Assembly: GCA_027451665.1 (NCBI GenBank)
Contig: DAIDIW010000002.1
Coordinates: 146,766 to 210,765, forward strand
Source: Candidatus Kaiserbacteria bacterium
GTDB taxonomy: Bacteria; Patescibacteriota; Minisyncoccia; Phycocordibacterales; Phycocordibacteraceae
Length of the DNA: 64,000 bases
Reading direction: 5' to 3'
The notes beneath the pieces were generated by a model, which was not told where the DNA came from, ran no database searches, and saw only the letters and a list, made by a program, of their open reading frames with translations. The translations under genes and the position numbers were made by a program. Below, in pieces: positions 1 to 8,284 of the stretch (positions within the stretch are counted from its first letter, which is position 1; each line of letters starts with the position of its first letter).

Positions 1-542
1 CCTAGATAGAGAGTGCCATCTGCCGGTATGCCGACCGATACCATGCCAAGCTTCGCATAGAACCACCAGCCAATGAATCCGGAGACGACTGTCACGAAGA
101 GGAGTCGCGTGCGCAGTCGGACTCCTCGCTCCCCTCCTGGCTGTACGTCGAGCAGATCATTAAAGAACCCCATAAGTCCGCCCGCGAGCAGCGCGAAGAA
201 CGGAATCCAGGTCTGGCTGCGGGAGAGGAAGTCGAGCTTCGTCATAACCGGCAGGCCCGTAGCGCGCGCGAGCACCCAGAAAAGCACCGTGACGAACGCG
301 ACGGTTCCCCAGATTAGTATCCCACCCATGCGAGGGGTCTTCGTCTCCGTACCAGCATGCACAGTCGCACGCAGGCGTTCAAATTCAGTCGCCGCGGTTC
401 CGTCGAGCGCCGTCTTTCCAGCCGATTTCTTCCAGACCTTGTACTTGTAAAGGTAGTGCGTGAGCAACGGGGCGAACGCAATGCCGCAGGCGAACGCGAG
501 CGAGGCGGGTATAAAGACCTTTATGATATTCGCGCCGATCAT
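1..542 (-). CDS. mraY: phospho-N-acetylmuramoyl-pentapeptide transferase MraY, N-terminal part (C-terminus lies beyond window start)
   Basis: Minus-strand frame reads MIGANIIKVFIPASLAFACGIAFAPLL...HAGTETKTPRMGGILIWGTVAF... The K-T-P-x-M-G-G motif and multi-TM hydrophobic profile are MraY hallmarks. ATG at 542 follows the stop of the upstream dacA-like gene directly. Not in the ORF track because it runs off the window edge. Confidence 0.6.
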   Translation of the reverse strand, partial: MIGANIIKVFIPASLAFACGIAFAPLLTHYLYKYKVWKKSAGKTALDGTAATEFERLRATVHAGTETKTPRMGGILIWGTVAFVTVLFWVLARATGLPVMTKLDFLSRSQTWIPFFALLAGGLMGFFNDLLDVQPGGERGVRLRTRLLFVTVVSGFIGWWFYAKLGMVSVGIPADGTLYL

Positions 543-544
543 GA

Positions 545-1498
545 TCACAGCGACTTGATGTGGGCAAAGTGCGCGTAGGTAGCTGCCACGAGCGCCGCAC
601 CGTCTGTAAAGCGCGCCTTCAAAGTGGATCCAAGTATGACGATCGCGACTGGATGGTTAAGTCCCGCATCGAAGACAAGCGCCAAATTACCGCCGGCGAG
701 ATCGGTGTAGCCCGTCTTCGAGAGCATGAGACCAGGTATAGCATCGACCATAGGATCGGTATTCTTCACGGTGAACGAAACACCTTGTTGGGAGACCGCG
801 CTCGTCGTGGGGTGCGTTGTCGCGGAGACGATTTCCTGTGCATGGGTCGCGAGCTCGCCCGCGACCACTGCGATGTCATGTGCAGACCCATACCCGCCGG
901 AAATCGCAGTATTCATATCGAGCCCGTTCCCGTTCACGGCATACGTCTGCGCAAGATCAAGCCCGGCAGCTGCGCTCGCAATCATCTGATGGATGGTGAG
1001 ATGCTCCTGCTCTGAGGCAGCCTCTGCGATCGCTGCCGCGCCGTCATTCAAGGAAGCCGTGAGCGTAATGCGGGCAAGGTTCTCGAGCGTGAAGGACTCC
1101 CCCGGCGTAAAGGCGTGGGGCTCGGAAAGGCCCATGACATTCTGCGGGATAGTGATAACGGTGCTCGGCGAAAGCTCCTTCAAGGCCGAGTAGAGCGTCA
1201 AAAGCTTTGTGAGCGACGCGAGCGGCAACTGCGCGTATGCATTTTTCGCGTAGAGCGTCTTGCCGTCCGTGAGGTCATAAACGATCGCTGCCTTCGCCGT
1301 AAGCGGCACATTTGTGAAGAGCGCATCAGCCCGCGTCGAGGTGGCGATGGTCGCCGCTTGGGCAGCAGCCTGGTGCTCTGGTTCGAGCGGTATGAAGAGG
1401 AAGCCCGCAAGCACGAGCGAGGCAAGCACGAGCGCAATACCCGCCTCGCGCATGAAGCGGGTACGGTTCGCGAGTTGTCGAAGTTCAGAGATCTCCAT
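545..1498 (-). CDS. D-alanyl-D-alanine carboxypeptidase (serine-type, PBP5/6 / peptidase S11 family)
   Basis: 317 aa with an N-terminal TM/signal, SxxK active site (ASLTKLLT), SLND and KTGYT motifs typical of low-MW PBPs. Confidence 0.7.
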   Translation of the reverse strand: MEISELRQLANRTRFMREAGIALVLASLVLAGFLFIPLEPEHQAAAQAATIATSTRADALFTNVPLTAKAAIVYDLTDGKTLYAKNAYAQLPLASLTKLLTLYSALKELSPSTVITIPQNVMGLSEPHAFTPGESFTLENLARITLTASLNDGAAAIAEAASEQEHLTIHQMIASAAAGLDLAQTYAVNGNGLDMNTAISGGYGSAHDIAVVAGELATHAQEIVSATTHPTTSAVSQQGVSFTVKNTDPMVDAIPGLMLSKTGYTDLAGGNLALVFDAGLNHPVAIVILGSTLKARFTDGAALVAATYAHFAHIKSL

Positions 1499-1501
1499 AC
1501 C

Positions 1502-2065
1502 TCATTCGGGCGCTTCGCCCTCGCGTGTAGCAGTCTCGGCGGCCTCGATTATCGAGGTAGCTCCTCGCGCAAGTTCCTCGTAGCGCGGAAGACCCGTGGC
1601 GCTCGTAACTCCGAGCGTGGCGAGCGCGTCCGTGGTGAGGCGATAGCGGACTCGGCGTTTGTCCGCAGGATCCTCGCTGCCGTCAATGAGCCCGCGTAGG
1701 AGGAGCGTACGCATGGATGCGGAGGAATTCACGCCGCGCACCCAGTCCACCTCGCTTCGCGTCGCGCCACCTTGATATGCGATAACCGCCAAGGTCTCGA
1801 GGCTCGCTCTGCCGAGGTCGCGGCTCAGTTCGCTCTCGCGCAACTTCTTGACGATCTCAGAGGCGGCGGCGTTCGTGCGGAGTTCGACCGCGTCGTCAGT
1901 CTCGACGAGCGAGAGTCCCCTACCCTCGAGCTGATTCGTGAGCGCTTTAAGCGCTACGGCAAGATCCTCAAGCTTGACCTGAAGCAATGAGGCAAGGCGG
2001 TTCTTCTCGAGCGGTTCCCCGGCGGCGAAGAGGATGGCTTCGATGGCCATCGGCGGCGTCAACAT
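1502..2065 (-). CDS. scpB: segregation and condensation protein B ScpB
   Basis: IEAILFAAGEPL ... ETLAVIAYQGGATRSEVDWVRGV ... LLRGLI match the ScpB winged-helix signature. Start taken at internal ATG 2065 (MLTPPMAIEAILF), because the track ORF N-terminus would overlap scpA. Confidence 0.75.
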   Translation of the reverse strand: MLTPPMAIEAILFAAGEPLEKNRLASLLQVKLEDLAVALKALTNQLEGRGLSLVETDDAVELRTNAAASEIVKKLRESELSRDLGRASLETLAVIAYQGGATRSEVDWVRGVNSSASMRTLLLRGLIDGSEDPADKRRVRYRLTTDALATLGVTSATGLPRYEELARGATSIIEAAETATREGEAPE

Positions 2066-2132
2066 GTATCCATAATAGCTGCGCGGCACTCCTGAGGCAA
2101 CGCGTGTTTTTGGGTATAAGCAGCCCCGCCGT

Positions 2133-2876
2133 TCAGCCGTAATGAGGAATTGCGCTCGTGGCCCGATTCTCGATGCGAATATCCCCGTACTGTTCGAACT
2201 GCTCCGCAGCGACGATGCCATCCTTCACAAGCTCGAGAAGGGCGAGGAAGGACACGATGACCTCCACCTTCTCCTTTGCGGCCCCCGCAAATTCTTTGAA
2301 AGAGAGCGTCATCGCACGCTGCACGCGCTGCGTAAGGCGGTCCATCATCTCCTCGATGGTCACCAAAGGTTTCACTCGGTGCTCGGGCAGCTTTTCCGCC
2401 TCTTCGCGGGCAGCGAGTACGCGGGCGAGGGTCTCGGCGAGCGCGTTTATGGTCATGTCGCGCGCTGGCGAAAAGGTGGGCTCGGGAGCTCGCAGACCCG
2501 CCGGAAACATGACAGTCTTCCCGTAGATGCGACCGAGCTCACGCGCAGCTTCACGTATCTTCTCATACGCCTCGAGGCGACGCTTCAGGTCGTCCACGTC
2601 GCCCTGCTCTTCTTCGGTGAGGGTGAGATCAGGAATGAGCGATTTCGATTTAATGAGCAGCAGAGTCGCCGCGATCTGGATGAAGTTCGCAGTCTCCTCG
2701 ACCGGGAATGATTCCTGCGCCCGTACGTGCTGTATATAATCCTCGGTTATGGAGGCGAGCGCGAGGTCGTTCACTAGGAGCTTCCGCGCCTCGATGAGGT
2801 CGAGGACGAGCTCGAACGGTCCTTGGTAGGACTCGGTCTCGATTGTGAAGCCGGTCTTTGGGACTACGGTGTCCAT
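2133..2876 (-). CDS. scpA: segregation and condensation protein A ScpA
   Basis: YQGPFELVLDLIEARKLLVNDLALASITEDY is typical ScpA kleisin N-terminus; sits immediately upstream of scpB. Confidence 0.8.
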   Translation of the reverse strand: MDTVVPKTGFTIETESYQGPFELVLDLIEARKLLVNDLALASITEDYIQHVRAQESFPVEETANFIQIAATLLLIKSKSLIPDLTLTEEEQGDVDDLKRRLEAYEKIREAARELGRIYGKTVMFPAGLRAPEPTFSPARDMTINALAETLARVLAAREEAEKLPEHRVKPLVTIEEMMDRLTQRVQRAMTLSFKEFAGAAKEKVEVIVSFLALLELVKDGIVAAEQFEQYGDIRIENRATSAIPHYG

Positions 2877-4273
2877 TGTTCTAAGAAGTGTAACAGGAGC
2901 CGCACGGGTGCGCCGGCTGCCCCGTTGCCTAATAGATCGGCACTATTGCTAGTCATGCGCGGCGCGATATCGAGATGTGCCCAGGGTGCCTCAAGGTCTT
3001 TGGCGAACTGCCACAGGAACATACCGCCTTCGATCGCACCGCCATAGCGAGCATGGGCTCCGTGCGCCACATTCGCGACGTCGGCGAAGTCGCTCTTCAA
3101 CATGGTCTCATACTCGTCCCAGAGCGGAAGACGCCAGGCATAGTCGCCGCTTTGTTCAGCGCTGTCGAGGAGAGCGTCTGCTAATGCGTCATCCTTTGCG
3201 AGTAGAGCACTTGCATGAAGGCCGAGCGCGACCATGGCGGCTCCGGTGAGTGTCGCCACATCAATGACCGCTTCCGGGTCATAACGCTTCGCGTAGGTCA
3301 GTGCGTCTGCCAAGACGAGCCGGCCTTCGGCGTCAGTGTTTAAGACCTCGATGGTCTTCCCGGAAAGCGATTTCAGGATATCGCCCGGTCGGTAGCTCTC
3401 CCCGGAAGTCGCGTTCTCTGCTGAAGGGATGAGTGCGACCACGTGACGCTTCACCTTAAGGCGCGCTGCGAGCGCGGTTGCATGGATCACTGCTGCCGCG
3501 CCGGACATATCCATGTGCATCTCGTAAATGCCGCTCGACGGCTTCAGGTTAAGACCGCCGCTGTCGAAGGTGATGCCTTTGCCCGCGAGCACGATCGGCC
3601 TCCCCTTTCCGCCCTTGTATTCCATGATCGTGAAGGTTGGCGGCTCTGTCGCGCCCTTACCGACGCCAAGCAATGCGCCCATGCCGAGCTTCTCGATTTC
3701 CTTCACGCCAAGCGTCTTTACGGTGATAGGAAGGCCCCTGGCGGCCGCCTTCGCTGCCGCAGCAAGCGTCTTCGGGGTCATGTCGCTGCCCGGCGTATTC
3801 GCGAGCGTGCGGGCTTTGTTCACTTCGAGGGCGATGACAAGTCCTCGCTTGAATCCCGCTTGCATCTCCTTGGGTGTATCGCCGCAGATAAGCACTTCTT
3901 CCACATCCTTCCAGCCTTCCTTAGGCTTCGTCTTGAAATCACGGAATTCGTAAACGGCGAGACCGAGATTCTCGGCTATAAGCGAGCCGAGCTCCGGAAG
4001 CGGCACGCCGTTCATCTGCGGGAACGGTGAATCGGAGAACTTGAGCGCGAGTTTCGGCAGTTCATGTTGCATCGCCGTGCGGATGACGCGCCGCGGGATG
4101 AGCTGGAACTTCCGTCTGGTGACGTCCTTCCAAGGACCAACGCCTAGCTCGAGCCAGCGCGCACCCTCCTTCTCGACGAAGCGCGTCGTACCCGGTTTCT
4201 CTTCCGTTATGCGCACGCGCACGTATGTCTTCGGCGCGTCTTCAATGCCCTTCGGGGAGAATGCGATCCTCAT
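2864..4273 (-). CDS. pepA: leucyl aminopeptidase (M17 family, PepA)
   Basis: NTDAEGRLVLADALTYA is the M17 signature NTDAEGRL; 469 aa; Zn/Mn ligand residues in context. Confidence 0.85.
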   Translation of the reverse strand: MRIAFSPKGIEDAPKTYVRVRITEEKPGTTRFVEKEGARWLELGVGPWKDVTRRKFQLIPRRVIRTAMQHELPKLALKFSDSPFPQMNGVPLPELGSLIAENLGLAVYEFRDFKTKPKEGWKDVEEVLICGDTPKEMQAGFKRGLVIALEVNKARTLANTPGSDMTPKTLAAAAKAAARGLPITVKTLGVKEIEKLGMGALLGVGKGATEPPTFTIMEYKGGKGRPIVLAGKGITFDSGGLNLKPSSGIYEMHMDMSGAAAVIHATALAARLKVKRHVVALIPSAENATSGESYRPGDILKSLSGKTIEVLNTDAEGRLVLADALTYAKRYDPEAVIDVATLTGAAMVALGLHASALLAKDDALADALLDSAEQSGDYAWRLPLWDEYETMLKSDFADVANVAHGAHARYGGAIEGGMFLWQFAKDLEAPWAHLDIAPRMTSNSADLLGNGAAGAPVRLLLHFLEQWTP

Positions 4274-5667
4274 GCGTCGTTGCGAGGCTTGACCGAGAGA
4301 CCGAGTTCGCCGAGCTGTTTGTCCGTAAGCGGCTTCGGTGCCTTCATGACGGCCGTCTGGCCGCTGCGCGTCATCGGGAACGCTTGCACCTCGCGCAGAT
4401 ACGTCTCGCCAGTCAGGTTCATGATGTTGCGTTCAATGCCAAGCGCGATGCCACCGTGCGGAGGGGTGCCGAAGCGGAACGCTTTGAGCATGTGGCCGAT
4501 GCGTTCCTCCACTTCGTCCTGGCGGTAACCCATCACGTGGTACGTCGCCTCGAGGATCTCAGGCTTGTGCGCACGGATCGAGCCGCCACCCGTCTCGAAG
4601 CCGTTACAGACGAGGTCGTACTGCGCGGCCAGGATATGCTCGATGTTCTCGCCTTTCATGAGTGACTCGAGGTGCTCGGGCTTAGGCATCGAGAACGGAT
4701 TGTGCGTGAAAGTCCACTTGCCCTCATCGTCCTTCTCGAACATCGGGAAGTCGACGACCCAGGCATATGCGAGGACGCCAGCCGCTTTCTCCTCCGCGGT
4801 ACGCATATCGAACTTATCGGCGCCGTACTGCTTCATGGCGTCCGCATAGCTTACGCGTGGGAACGGCTTCGCCTTCAGCGTATAGCCCATCTCTTCGACG
4901 ACGGTCGTAATCATGGATTCGATTGTCTGCATCACCTCCTCCTGCGTGACAAATGACATCTCAAGGTCTAACTGGGTGTGCTCGAAACCGCGATCCGCGC
5001 GGAGATCCTCATCGCGGACGGCGCGCGCCAGCTGGAAATACCGTTCGAACCCGGCCGTCATGAGGAGCTGCTTATACTGCTGCGGCGATTGCGGAAGCGC
5101 GTAAAATTTTCCTGGATGCAGGCGGCTCGGCACGACGAAATCGCGGGAACCCTCTGGCGTCGATTCGGTCAGCAGCGGCGTCTCTATCTCGACGAAATCC
5201 TTGTCGAACAGGAATGCGCGGCAGCGGCGTACGAATTCGCTGCGAAGCCGGATATTCTTCTGCATGCGCGGACTTCGCAGGTCGAGATAGCGGTATTCGG
5301 CCCGGAGGTTCTCATCGATAGTGCTTGTATCGTCGAGCGAGAACGGAGGCGTATCCGCGGAATTGAGGATTTCGAGGCCTGTGACTTCGAGTTCGATATC
5401 GCCGTTCGCTTTGCCTAGCTGAACGTTCTTCTCAGGACGCTTGTTTACCTTGCCCGTAACGGTGATGACATCTTCTTGGCGGACAGTCTTCGCCGCCTCC
5501 ATCGCTTCGGAGCCCGGCAGCACGACGCCCTGTACGAGCCCCGAGCGGTCGCGGAAATCGAAGAAAACGAGCTTTCCTTGGTCGCGGCGGACATGCACCC
5601 AGCCTGAGATGGATACCGTCTCCCCCGCCTTGGCGAAGAGCTTCCCAATCATCGTGCGTTCGTTCAT
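4270..5667 (-). CDS. aspS: aspartyl-tRNA synthetase, compact form lacking the GAD insertion domain
   Basis: N-terminal OB anticodon-binding fold. Class II motifs: FRDE-like, EHTQLDLEMSF (AspRS motif 2 region), FRFGTPPHGGIALGIERNIMNL (motif 3). Only 465 aa versus about 590 for canonical bacterial AspRS. Confidence 0.7.
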   Translation of the reverse strand: MNERTMIGKLFAKAGETVSISGWVHVRRDQGKLVFFDFRDRSGLVQGVVLPGSEAMEAAKTVRQEDVITVTGKVNKRPEKNVQLGKANGDIELEVTGLEILNSADTPPFSLDDTSTIDENLRAEYRYLDLRSPRMQKNIRLRSEFVRRCRAFLFDKDFVEIETPLLTESTPEGSRDFVVPSRLHPGKFYALPQSPQQYKQLLMTAGFERYFQLARAVRDEDLRADRGFEHTQLDLEMSFVTQEEVMQTIESMITTVVEEMGYTLKAKPFPRVSYADAMKQYGADKFDMRTAEEKAAGVLAYAWVVDFPMFEKDDEGKWTFTHNPFSMPKPEHLESLMKGENIEHILAAQYDLVCNGFETGGGSIRAHKPEILEATYHVMGYRQDEVEERIGHMLKAFRFGTPPHGGIALGIERNIMNLTGETYLREVQAFPMTRSGQTAVMKAPKPLTDKQLGELGLSVKPRNDA

Positions 5668-5718
5668 CGGCTAAAAATACCATGCCCGCAGCCGATTTTC
5701 ATCGGTGCGGGCACGTGC

Positions 5719-5868
5719 TCAAAAGTCGAAAGCATCGGTGGATCGATGCTTGCGGGCCTCGGTACCTATCCGTTCGAACGGGTCGAATAGCCCTGTTCCT
5801 TCGGGCACCTTAGCTGCTTTCTCCTTAGGAGCCTTTGGCTCTTCCTTCCGTGGCTTCTCATCAGCCAT
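5719..5868 (-). CDS. small Lys/Glu-rich hypothetical protein (49 aa)
   Basis: Unlisted minus-strand ORF MADEKPRKEEPKAPKEKAAKVPEGTGLFDPFERIGTEARKHRSTDAFDF in the 276-nt gap between aspS and trpS. No recognisable family; may be non-coding. Confidence 0.25.
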   Translation of the reverse strand: MADEKPRKEEPKAPKEKAAKVPEGTGLFDPFERIGTEARKHRSTDAFDF

Positions 5869-5943
5869 CGCTTGCTCCAGTGGATGTTCCAAAGGTGTGA
5901 ACCTGTCTATCGAAAGAAAGGTTACATAGATTCTTATTGTGTC

Positions 5944-6897
5944 TCACGCGACGCCTATCGCCTTGCGGACCATCTCCATCTTGGCTTCACTTACCGCGTG
6001 CGCTTCCCGGGCTCCATCTTCGAGCACGCGGGCGACGTCTGCGTCGGTGATGCTCGCGCGCCTCTCACGCATAGGCGCGAGGTAGCGATCCAGGTCCTCG
6101 ATGAGCGCCTCTTTGAGTACTTTATATTGCCCCTTATGTTCTTGGTAGAACTTTTCAAGGCCAGATTTGAAAAGGGCAAGCGAGATTAATTGGTGGATAT
6201 TGTAAACGTTTGCAGGAACGTCCCCTGAGGAATCCGTCACGATGCTCATGACTGCCTTAGCAAGTTCGTCCTTGCTCCCAAAGAGCGGGATAGTGTTCTT
6301 GTAACTTTTGCTCATCTTAGCGCCATCCGTTCCTGGCACAGTGCCGACGTTCGTAAAAATCATTTCGCCAGGCTCCTTAAAGAGCGATTCGTAGGCGTTG
6401 TTGAATTTCGTTGCCGCTTCGCGCGCATACTCGATATGCTGGCGCTGATCTTCGCCCACCGGGACGACGTCGGTGTCGTAGAGCAGGATGTCCGCCGCCA
6501 TAAGCATGGGGTACGTGAAGAGGCCGGCGTTCGCTTCGAGGCCCTTCGCTACCTTATCCTTGTAGGCGTGGCCTTGCATGAGGAACGGTACGGTGACGAG
6601 ACAATCAAAGATCCATGCGAGTTCAGTGTGAGCCGGCACCGTCGACTGCTTGAAGATAATCGCTTTCTTAGGATCTACGCCGGCGGCAAGATAGTCCTTC
6701 ACCGCTTCGATGGTGTTCTTGCGGAGCGCCTCCGGATCACGCAGGCTTGTGAGCGCGTGATAATCAACGACCATGAGATAGCTCCGGTACTCGCCGTATG
6801 CGTCGACGAACGGGCGCAACGCGCCGAAATAATTGCCGATATGGAGGTTGCCAGATGGCTGGAGTCCGGTCAGGAGAACGGGCTTCGATTCGCTCAT
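5944..6897 (-). CDS. trpS: tryptophanyl-tRNA synthetase
   Basis: LTGLQPSGNLHIGNYFGAL (HIGH region, TrpRS-type) and GAKMSKSYKNTI (KMSKS). Start set at ATG 6897 (MSESKPVLLTG), 318 aa; the track ORF has a 55-aa upstream extension. Confidence 0.85.
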   Translation of the reverse strand: MSESKPVLLTGLQPSGNLHIGNYFGALRPFVDAYGEYRSYLMVVDYHALTSLRDPEALRKNTIEAVKDYLAAGVDPKKAIIFKQSTVPAHTELAWIFDCLVTVPFLMQGHAYKDKVAKGLEANAGLFTYPMLMAADILLYDTDVVPVGEDQRQHIEYAREAATKFNNAYESLFKEPGEMIFTNVGTVPGTDGAKMSKSYKNTIPLFGSKDELAKAVMSIVTDSSGDVPANVYNIHQLISLALFKSGLEKFYQEHKGQYKVLKEALIEDLDRYLAPMRERRASITDADVARVLEDGAREAHAVSEAKMEMVRKAIGVA

Positions 6898-7094
6898 GTG
6901 CCCTACCATAGCACGAAAACGCCTTGCGATAGGACGACTCCATCGTGTTGAATATGAGGGCGTGTGGGACCATGCTCGGATGGCCCTAGATAGAAAATCA
7001 TAAAGCGCTGCGATCTCCATACAAGGAGCTCGCTGAACTATCACCCCTCCAAAGCGGTGCACCGTATGGGACGATATTAGAACGATTTTGCCTG

Positions 7095-7271
7095 TTACTC
7101 GTGCATGTTCCGGAACAGCATGGCCGTAGTCTTTTGATGAATAGCAAACCGTTCGTAAAAAGACTGTATATCGGCATCACAGAGAAGATCGACCATGTAC
7201 ATATCGTTCAGCTTATCGAGCATTCTTTTCATAAGTTCAGAACCACCAGTGATGAGAAATTTCCTCGACAT
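7095..7271 (-). pseudogene. C-terminal remnant of a GNAT-family N-acetyltransferase (5'-truncated), AT-rich
   Basis: Unlisted minus-strand frame MSRKFLITGGSELMKRMLDKLNDMYMVDLLCDADIQSFYERFAIHQKTTAMLFRNMHE*. It fits the GNAT motif A/B pattern (G-x-G-S-x-L ... N-x-x-A-x-x-FYER-x-GF-like), but the N-terminal ~100 aa of a GNAT fold are absent. Local GC is about 40% versus about 60% genome-wide. Confidence 0.4.
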
Positions 7272-7482
7272 TTGCGCCGCTCGGCTCTTTAATGTGCAAT
7301 CCCCTTTTGCGGGATTACCGCGTCCTGATTCGGTCCGCCGAGCTGGACCTCCGGTCTGAGAGCTCCGCCGCGATAGCGACGGGGCCGCTAGTGTTTCCGG
7401 AATGCGGCCATAAGACAGTTGCGCGCAGGGGCCGCTTTGAAGTCAGGCAGAGGCGTGAGAGGATGTGTTCAGGTTTTGTTCT

Positions 7483-7488
7483 CAGGAG
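7483..7488 (+). promoter_or_regulatory. Shine-Dalgarno AGGAGG for the 7495 ORF
   Basis: Perfect AGGAGG 6 nt upstream of ATG 7495. Confidence 0.5.
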
Positions 7489-7494
7489 GCACGG

Positions 7495-7704
7495 ATGATC
7501 CTTTCAGCTGCAGGGACAATTACCAATGAGGACGTCAGAGAGTTCCGACGTCTGCTTCAGGAGGAAGATAAGCATCTCACTCCTGAAAAGGCCCGCCAAA
7601 GCCTGATTGCAAGTGGCGTCCTCGATCAAGACGGCAAGCCGCGCTGGCCCGTCAAGGCGACACGGACGGGCAGCCGAAAGAAGAAATCCACTTCCGTCAA
7701 ATGA
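7495..7704 (+). CDS. small hypothetical protein (69 aa), translationally coupled to the downstream ORF; antitoxin-like partner candidate
   Basis: MILSAAGTITNEDVREFRRLLQEEDKHLTPEKARQSLIASGVLDQDGKPRWPVKATRTGSRKKKSTSVK. Strong SD upstream. Its stop overlaps the next start as ATGA (7701-7704). Confidence 0.45.
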   Translation: MILSAAGTITNEDVREFRRLLQEEDKHLTPEKARQSLIASGVLDQDGKPRWPVKATRTGSRKKKSTSVK

Positions 7705-7994
7705 CGACCGACGTCACCATTCGACCCCATGTGGTGTTTGCCTACCACGGTTGCGACCAAGATGTAGCGGAACACATTTTGCGTGGCGCTGAAATGACAC
7801 CGGCTCAGAACCCCTACGACTGGTTAGGGACCGGGTACTATTTCTGGGAAGCTGATCCTTCCCGGGCTATGAAGTGGGCAGTCGAGGCTCGCGAACGACA
7901 TAGAACCGACGGAGTGAAGCGGGCTCCGGACAAAGTTGTCCGGAGCCCTTTCGTGTTGGGCGCAGTAATAAAATATGGCCACTGTCGTTTCTAG
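7701..7994 (+). CDS. hypothetical protein with YHG[CST] ... G-x-G-Y-F-W motif (DUF3990-like / ART-fold toxin-like), possibly truncated
   Basis: RPHVVFAYHGCDQDVAEHILRGAEMTPAQNPYDWLGTGYYFWEADPSRAMKWA resembles the N-terminal YHGS...DFGxGFY...A..WA pattern I recall for DUF3990. Only 97 aa; an alternative frame stays open downstream (possible frameshift). Confidence 0.4.
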   Translation: MTTDVTIRPHVVFAYHGCDQDVAEHILRGAEMTPAQNPYDWLGTGYYFWEADPSRAMKWAVEARERHRTDGVKRAPDKVVRSPFVLGAVIKYGHCRF

Positions 7995-8170
7995 AAGGCA
8001 GTAGAGCCGCAGAATCGTACTCCTCCCTTTCCCCTGAAGAAAAGCGTCGGGTGCTCGGAAAACTACTTTCGAACGCTTCCCTTCAGAACGGAAATATCGC
8101 GCAGAAGCTATTTAAAAGTCCCTACGATATTCTCGCAAGGACTCCTAAATCTGCTGATATCTCAACAATG

Positions 8171-8255
8171 TGCGCCGGGTTGGATTCGAACCAACGTAGG
8201 GCTATGCCCGACAGGTTTACAGCCTGTTGTAATTGACCACTCTACCACCGACGCA
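8171..8255 (-). tRNA. tRNA-Tyr (anticodon GUA), type II with long variable arm
   Basis: Revcomp GCGTCGGTGGTAGAGTGGTCAATTACAACAGGCTGTAAACCTGTCGGGCATAGCCCTACGTTGGTTCGAATCCAACCCGGCGCA. Acceptor GCGUCGG/CCGGCGC, anticodon loop CUGUAAA, variable stem GGGC/GCCC, TΨC loop TTCGAATCC, discriminator A; CCA not encoded. Confidence 0.85.
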
Positions 8256-8284
8256 GGCTGGGACAGTATACCGGAAATGCTCAG

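Noticed and set aside
5830-5870. SRP RNA domain IV-like GGAAGGAAGAGCC patch.
   Set aside because: Complementary 5' strand of the conserved helix not found. The sequence is explained by Lys/Glu codon repeats of the small ORF; kept only as a low-interest finding.
6898-7094. Possible T-box leader upstream of trpS: the palindrome CGGTGCACCG on the coding strand resembles the T-box core GGUGGNACCGCG.
   Set aside because: Only a partial, one-nucleotide-short match. No AAUUAGGGUGG context, no specifier-loop/antiterminator architecture identifiable by eye. The region is more consistent with the decayed islet boundary.
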